NCBI RefSeq assembly: GCF_006345805.1
Contig: NC_042997.1
Span: 36,022,001-36,086,000 of the forward strand
DNA: 64,000 nt
Reading direction: 5' to 3'
From: Octopus sinensis
Lineage: Eukaryota
In this document: piece after piece, positions 57,847 through 64,000 of the stretch
Numbering within the stretch: the first letter of the stretch is position 1
Layout of the letters: every line of letters begins with the position of its first letter
The notes under the pieces: model-generated
What the model saw: only the letters and a program-made list of their open reading frames with translations
The model's database searches: none
Told to the model about the DNA's origin: nothing
Program-made: the position numbers and the translations under genes

Positions 57847-58073
57847 GGTGGTGGTGCGGAAAAGGTTTCTGGCTTTGGGTAAAAAGAATATACAAGAGGA
57901 TCGGTTAATTGATTATGATTTTATTCAACATTTTTTTTTCCTGTCAGGTTCCCAAACTCATTGCAGCTGTCCTTCAGTTTCTCTACGCCCTGAAAACGAA
58001 ATCGGGAGGTTGGGCTTACAAGCAAGCCTTTCGTGATGCTCCTAAAGCTAGGAACTTTTCAGCACACCATCGT
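57847..58073. mobile_element. mariner-derived MITE
   Basis: Diverged terminal inverted repeats tggtggtgcggaaaaggtttctggcttt and aaagctaggaacttttcagcacaccatcgt. The minus strand retains a mariner C-terminus-like FQGVEKLKDSCNEFGNLTGKKNVE*. Confidence 0.7.
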
Positions 58074-58121
<48 letters not shown>

Positions 58122-58178
58122 TATATGAAAAAACAAGTAAAAAATAGAAAATGCTAAAATAATTTTATAGTGAACATT

Positions 58179-58216
58179 CAGTACCGGTTTCGGTCATTTT
58201 GAGACCTTTTCAACTG
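58179..58216 (-). ncRNA. Minimal hammerhead ribozyme motif, U3-A8 core variant, in the downstream pLTR
   Basis: cag-TTGAAAA-ggtc(tcaaaat)gacc-GAAAC-CG-GTA-ctg. Stem I is cag/ctg, stem II is ggtc/gacc, stem III is the palindrome ACCGGT, and the cleavage triplet is GUA. Confidence 0.6.
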
Positions 58217-58569
58217 TAACGATTAAATAATTAAATTTAGAAAAATTAGAAGAAAAGTTTTTTTAAAAGAATATTTCTATAGTAGTGTTCAGATTTAAGT
58301 GGCATTCTGCCTTTCTCTGACTCCCTTGTTTGCACTTGTGTGTTCGAGGTAGTTGTGAGTTCTTGGTAGGGTAGTAGAGGAAGGCTGGTGAGGAAAGGGG
58401 GGTGGGAGAATCTGGGAGTGCCCTGATGGTCGTATTTTGAATGGTCAGTGGCGGCTGGCAGTCTCAGTTCAATTCAGGAGAATATTTATATTGACAGGCT
58501 TGTTTATAGAATTAGCGTAGGTGTTATACTAAAAAACATTAGTGACAAACTTAAGGGGTAGGGGGTGGA

Positions 58570-58800
58570 GAAGAAGAAGAAGAAGAAGAAGAAGAAGAGA
58601 AGGAGAAGATGACGATGATGGTGATGGTGGTGATGATTATGACGACGATGATGATGATAACGATGATGATGAAGAAGAAGAAGAAGAAGAAGGAGGAGAA
58701 GGAGAAGATGGTGGTGATGATGGTGGCGATGATGATGATGCCGATGATGATGATAACGATGATGATGAAGAAGAAGAGGAAGAAGAAGAAGAAGAAAAAA
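58570..58800. repeat. (GAA)n/(GAT)n compound trinucleotide tract inside the Penelope 3' region
   Basis: Direct reading, with the block gatgatgataacgatgatgatgaagaag duplicated. It explains the acidic ORF 58542-58820. Confidence 0.9.
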
Positions 58801-58928
58801 ACAGAGAAGGGAGAATATGAATGGGTGTAAATATAGCTATGAAGGGGCTGATTAGTAATGGATTCTATGGAGTGTAGTATTTGTGTGTGTATATATATTT
58901 TTTTCTTTTATTCTAAAGTTGAGGTATA

Positions 58929-60390
58929 TTAATTGTTTGTCGTAGACCCGTTAAGAAGTGGCTTGTATTTTGTAATAAAGAGATTTTCTTTACTTATTCG
59001 TTGTCTCGAGGTTGTATCGTCCCTAAATTGGTAGAGGGGGAAAATTCTGAAGTTTGGTGTTTTTTTGTTGGCGCAAGTATCTATGTGTTGGCTAAAAGCA
59101 ATTTTTCTGTTTTGGGGAATTTTTATCTGGGATCTGTGCAGGGCCATTCGTTTACGCAAACCATTTTTTGTTTGGCCTATGTACTGCTCTTGACACCCGG
59201 AGCAGGTTAGTGAGTATATTAGGTTCTCCGAAGCACATGTGAAGTTGCTTTTCACTGTAAACGTTGTCCCTGTTTGAAGGAGAACTCAGAACCCTCGATT
59301 AGATAGTCGCATATCCCGCAATTGGGTCTTCCACATTTTTTTACTGTCGGCTTCTGTGTTGAAGAGTGAATTCGGGCTTGTGTAAGGAGACTTTTCATGG
59401 ATCTAGGCTGTCTTTTGCTTTTTATGATCGTGTGTGTTTGGAGGATTGTGTTCATTTTGTGGTCTTTTTTTAGGAGGGGTATGTTGTGGAGGATGGTGTC
59501 GAAGGCTTCGTTATTGAGAGGGTTGTGTGTGGAGATGTATGGTAAGGCTTTTGGTTGTAAGTTTTTCTTTGATTTGGGATGTCTCAGTTCCTTGATGTTA
59601 AGTTGAAGGGCACGTTGAATGCATTTGTCAATAAGTGAAGGTGGATAGTTCCTGGTGATTAGGGTATCTTTTAGTTCTTGTAGTCGTGTGTCTCTGGTGT
59701 TTGCGTTAGAGACTATAGTGCATATCCTTTTTGCTAGATTGAAGGGGATATTCATCCTGGTGTGTCTGGGGTGGCATGAATTGAATGTAAGATATTGCTT
59801 AGAGTCTGTAGGCTTATAGTATATGTCTGTTTCTATTATATTATTAGCTTTCTTAATGAGGATATCGAGGAAGGGGAGTTGTTGTTGGCTATATTCCATC
59901 GTAAATTGGATGTTTACGTCCAGTCCGTTTAAAATTTTCTGGAATTCTATGAGTTTTTCTATATTTTTATGCCAAAGGATGAAACAGTCATCTAGATATC
60001 TCTTCCAGTTGTTTTCTATGTAGATGGAGAAAGGGCTGCCATATCTTCTAGACCTTACGATACAGACTGATCTCTAGGTATCCTATGACTAGGTTGGCAA
60101 AGGAGGGGGCCATTCGTGTACCCATCGCAGTCCCCGATTTTTGTCGGTAGAAGTTGTCATTGAAGGCGAAGAAGTTATTTTGCAGGATGAATTTAACCCC
60201 TTCTATCACAAATTCTTTTTTGATGCGGTGTGGTAGTTCGTTGGCGTGATTCTCTAGCCAGAATTGGATTGCTTCTAGTCCTAGGTTGTGGGGGATATTG
60301 GAGTAGAGGTTGACTACATCGAAGGATACCAGTATGGTGTTTTTGTTTATAGTATTCGGTAGGTGATTGAGCATATCTAAGTCGTCCCTT
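58929..60390 (-). pseudogene. Penelope RT plus GIY-YIG endonuclease, two frameshifts
   Basis: Motifs in order are LVSFDVVNLYSNIP, QKSGTAMGTRMAPSFANL, WKRYLDDCFILW (YLDD at 59987-59998), TDIYYKPTD...SCHP, CGRPNCGIC and NLIYSLTCSGCQEQYIGQT...RMALHR. Frame changes occur near 60040 and 59250. Confidence 0.95.
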
Positions 60391-60415
60391 ATATATATAT
60401 ATATATGTATATATG

Positions 60416-60797
60416 TGGAGGCGCAATGGCCCAGTTGTGAGGGCAGCGGACTCACGGTCGTAGGATCGTGGTTTCGATTCCCAGACTGGGCGTTGTGAGT
60501 GTTTATTGAGCGAAAACACCTAAAGCTCCACGAGGCTCCGGCAGGGATGATGGTGATCCCTGCTGTACTCTTTCACCACAACTTTCTCTCACTCTTACTT
60601 CCTGTTTCTGTTGTGCCTGTATTTCAAAGGGCCGGCCTTGTCACTCTCTGTGTCACGCTGAATATCCCCGAGAACTGCGTTAAGGGTACACGTGTCTGTG
60701 GAGTGCTCAGCCACTTACACGTTAATTTCACGAGCAGGCTGTTCCGTTGATCGGATCAACCGGAACCCTCGTCGTCGTAACCGACGGAGTGCTTCCA
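60416..60797 (+). mobile_element. tRNA-derived SINE (third family) at the 5' breakpoint of the Penelope element
   Basis: A-box-like TGGCCCAGTTG, B-box-like GGTTTCGATTCCC, internal hairpin gcagggat...atccctgc and 3' hairpins. It is flanked by (TA)n on both sides. Confidence 0.8.
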
Positions 60798-60859
60798 TAT
60801 GTATATATATATGTATGTATATATATATACATATATATATGTATATACATATACATACA

Positions 60860-61070
60860 TACATACTTCGGAAATGTAATCATACCTGTATTATTGGGCG
60901 TTTTTTTTTACCTCCTTCCTACTTTCCTTTCGACTTTGCATTTTTTCTTGTTTCCGAAGATGAGCTATGCTACAAACGTAAAACAATTACACTTTTCCAC
61001 CTGAGTGAGACATATTAATACGTTGCTTGTGCTATGTCCTCTTTTTTGTTGTTTTTTCCTTCTGTTTATT
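60860..61070 (+). mobile_element. Unrelated Penelope-type terminal fragment with a degenerate hammerhead-like motif
   Basis: 60950-60984 reads gttt-CCGAAGA-t-gagc(tat)gct-acAAACGTA-aaac. Stem I is gttt/aaac and the ACGT palindrome is present, but the core is substituted. Confidence 0.4.
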
Positions 61071-61111
61071 TTTAATTAACTACATACATGTACATACAGA
61101 CACACACACAC

Positions 61112-61161
<50 letters not shown>

Positions 61162-61171
<10 letters not shown>

Positions 61172-61529
61172 AAACAAGTCAAAATAGAAAATGCTAAAAT
61201 AATTTTATAAAGAACATTTCAGTACCGGTTTCGGTCATTTTGAGACCTTTTCAACTGTAACGATTAAATAATTAAATTTAGAAAAATTAGAAGAAAATTT
61301 TTTTTAAAGGAATATTTGTATAGTAGTGTTCAAATATAAGTGGCATTCTGCCTTTCTCTGACTCCCTTGTTTGCACTTGTGTGTTCGAGGTCGTTGTGAA
61401 TTCTTGGTAGGGTAGAAGAAGAAGAAGAAGGCTGAAGAGGAGTGGGGGTGGAAAAATTTGGGAGTGCCTTGACAATCTTTATAAAATTATTTTAGCATTT
61501 TCTATTTTGACTTGTTTTTTCATATATAT
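61162..61529 (-). mobile_element. Second pLTR copy (61162-61472) plus a ~53-bp inverted terminal duplicate (61477-61529)
   Basis: It is a direct repeat of 58121-58426. The segment ctttataaaattattttagcattttctattttgacttgttttttcatatatat is the reverse complement of the start of this copy. Confidence 0.9.
61220..61257 (-). ncRNA. Minimal hammerhead ribozyme motif, U3-A8 variant, in the upstream pLTR
   Basis: Identical 38-nt motif to 58179-58216. Confidence 0.6.
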
Positions 61530-61555
61530 CAACTCGTGTGTTCCTTTTCACCCTT

Positions 61556-61623
<68 letters not shown>

Positions 61624-63434
61624 GGTGAGGGTGGGTTATATATATATGTAGGTACATGTATATACATACACACACAAACACAAATACAAACGCGTCTGTG
61701 TGTGCAAATGTATATATGTATATGTACGTACTTTTGTAATCATATATGCGTATATGCGTATGTATATCCGGCCCGCTATCTGTGATTTTACCCTTCTCTC
61801 TTATTATCAATCTACCTGCCTTATTCTTCTTCATTACTGTTACACCTCGGTTTGCTTTTTCCGTCAACCTTTCTCACTTGTCAATCTTTCTTCTTTCTGT
61901 ATTTTTGTGCAACCCTCCTTTATTTTCTAACTTTCTTTTCATTCTATCTCTATCGATATTTCTACCTTGCTGACTTTGTTTTATATGAGCGCGCTACAAC
62001 CTGCATCACTTAACTTGCAATTCGGCCAAACATGGTGGAATATGAATGCATTACTCAGAAGAACACTGAACAATGTTGGTCTTAAAAGACGTATTACAGC
62101 AATCTAATTATTTTCTATTTGTTGAGCATCTTATTCAAACCTAAATCCGGCAAGCAATAACGCTTATACAACGCTATTTTTGAGCGGTTTATGTTAATTA
62201 TGCAACGTCACCATCTACGACTGTGGAATAATAATACATTTATCAATTTGCATTGGTAGGTAAATTACGTATATCTCTTCATATAGATGTTTTTGTTTTC
62301 TCTTTGAGTAAGCTGCTAGATTTTTGAAAGTTTTCTTGCGCCAAATATGTTTCAAATTTAAGTTATTGCATACAGGTGAAGTACCACTCAAGTTACAAAC
62401 TTTGTTAAGAAAAGGAAATTAATTTACATATCCCTATATATATCCCTATTTATACATCATCTACAGAGCGCACACAAGTGTAAATGTAGATAAATTTGCA
62501 TAATTTCAATAATTGCTACAGGCAAAACCACTTTGCTTAATGCCGTTTCGTGCACAATTAATGTATGTATGTGTGTTTGTGAGTGAGTGTTTGTGTGTAT
62601 GTGGTTGTGCGTATGCATATGATTATTAATTTTATATCTGTGTATATACATAGATGTATTTACATATGTATCTTTATGTGCGTCTAAAGTTTGGTCTACA
62701 TACCACAAATGTTATTACATATATATATATATATATGTGTGTGATTGTGTGTTAAATATGTATTTTATAATCGTTTGAATCTTGGCTTCTGAAATCAATG
62801 AAATGGTCATTTAATATATCGTTAACTTCGTATTTTTCAATTTGGCATACACTACCATTCAACCGAATCGATGATAAGTGTTATATTAATGACGCTTTTC
62901 ATAGGCTAATATTTAGAAGAATAGGAAACTTTATAATAGAAATATGACTTACGATGTTTATTACGCCTGTCCATTATGCTACTTGTACAGAAAAAAACTA
63001 AAAAGTATTTCGGTTGCAACAATAAAATGTTGATGGCTTGCTTATTTATTAGGAATCCAATCTCCTGTATGCGTCACACAACGGAAATAACAGAGAGATT
63101 ATCCTTTATAGTAGGGCCATTTTATATATTTGTCATAATTATTTGATTACTAGTTTCTTACATAAAATAATCGTTAAAAATAGGAAGGGTATTGACTATT
63201 TAAATAAGGTTATTCCTGTTCCCAGTGGACATTAGTAACTTACTTGTTGTTTCACATGAAATAATGCAGCGAAATGGGAATACTTCTACGGCAGATGGTG
63301 CTGTAGGGCTCGTAACATTAACGCAAAAGAATACAGGACGTGTCTATAGACATGATACGCCTTAGGATACTTACTGTATAATTCAATTATTAAACTACAT
63401 CCTTTAATTTTTGCCTTGCCAAAATACAATCAGT

Positions 63435-63436
63435 TC

Positions 63437-63467
<31 letters not shown>

Positions 63468-63475
63468 GATTGCAA

Positions 63476-63550
<75 letters not shown>

Positions 63551-63590
63551 GTGTGTGTGTGTGTATATGCGTGTGTGTGTGCGTGTATTT
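63435..63590. repeat. (CA)n-(TA)n-(TG)n compound microsatellite
   Basis: Direct reading. Confidence 0.95.
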
Positions 63591-64000
63591 TATTAATGAG
63601 ATGTTAGCATCCATACATACGAGCTTATGTCTGAGTGGGTGTATCTGCTTGCGTGCGTGTGGGTTAGTCAGTGTCTGTGTGTGTGTGTACGGATATGAAT
63701 ACATAAAACAAAGTAATGATGATACTTGTATTACATTTATCCCTGGCTTAAATCTGTTTCAAGAACTTGTGATCAAATGAATTAGTCAACAAGTTGGTAA
63801 CGTTGATATAATTACCCGTATGCCATTTACCATTTGATACTGAATATGTAATGCAAAATCCATGCTCATTTTTACATAACTGAATAAATATATTCAAACG
63901 AATTAGAAATTGAATATCATATATTCATCTTCTTCCATCTTTTTACATAAATTACTTAACTTATTCTGTCGACACAGCTCTAACCAATGAGTACAAAATA

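Larger units (their letters stand above)
58121..60390 (-). mobile_element. 5'-truncated Penelope-like retroelement with 3' UTR and terminal repeat (pLTR 58121-58426)
   Basis: RT and GIY-YIG coding remnants are followed by a ~800-bp 3' region ending in a repeat that recurs at 61162-61472 and, partly, at 47173-47402. Confidence 0.9.

Noticed and set aside
57909-58115. Protein-like ORF with a strong acceptor (VPKLIAAVLQFLYALKTKSGGWAYKQAF...)
   Set aside because: It lies inside a TIR-bounded mariner MITE. The opposite strand carries the transposase C-terminus-like peptide, so the exon look is incidental.
58542-58820. Arg-rich and acidic 92-aa ORF
   Set aside because: It is a GAA/GAT microsatellite within the Penelope 3' region.

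Overview
This is AT-rich, microsatellite-saturated animal DNA with no host protein-coding gene that I can confidently identify. The SINE, MITE and Penelope repertoire is most consistent with an octopus or other coleoid cephalopod genome (inferred from repeat recognition, not from a search). Nearly all ORFs in the supplied track are artefacts of (TA)n, (CA)n, (GATA)n or trinucleotide repeats. The real coding remnants are: (1) two decayed Penelope-like retroelements (RT plus GIY-YIG) at about 25.8-26.8 kb (+) and 58.9-60.4 kb (-); (2) mariner/Tc1 transposase relics; (3) two L2/CR1-group LINE 3' ends; (4) a stop-riddled Myb/SANT-like ORF at 51.6-52.9 kb (-). The most notable hidden layer is a set of minimal hammerhead-ribozyme-like folds from about five unrelated repeat families. 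These include a U3-A8 core variant in the paired Penelope terminal repeats and a hammerhead module fused to a tRNA-like Pol III head. Also present are a 600-bp foldback element, a 62-bp near-perfect palindrome, a solo-LTR-like unit with a 5-bp TSD, several tRNA-derived SINEs, and a strong AG|GTGAGT recursive-splice-site candidate on the minus strand. All structures were read by eye; no alignments, folding or database searches were run.
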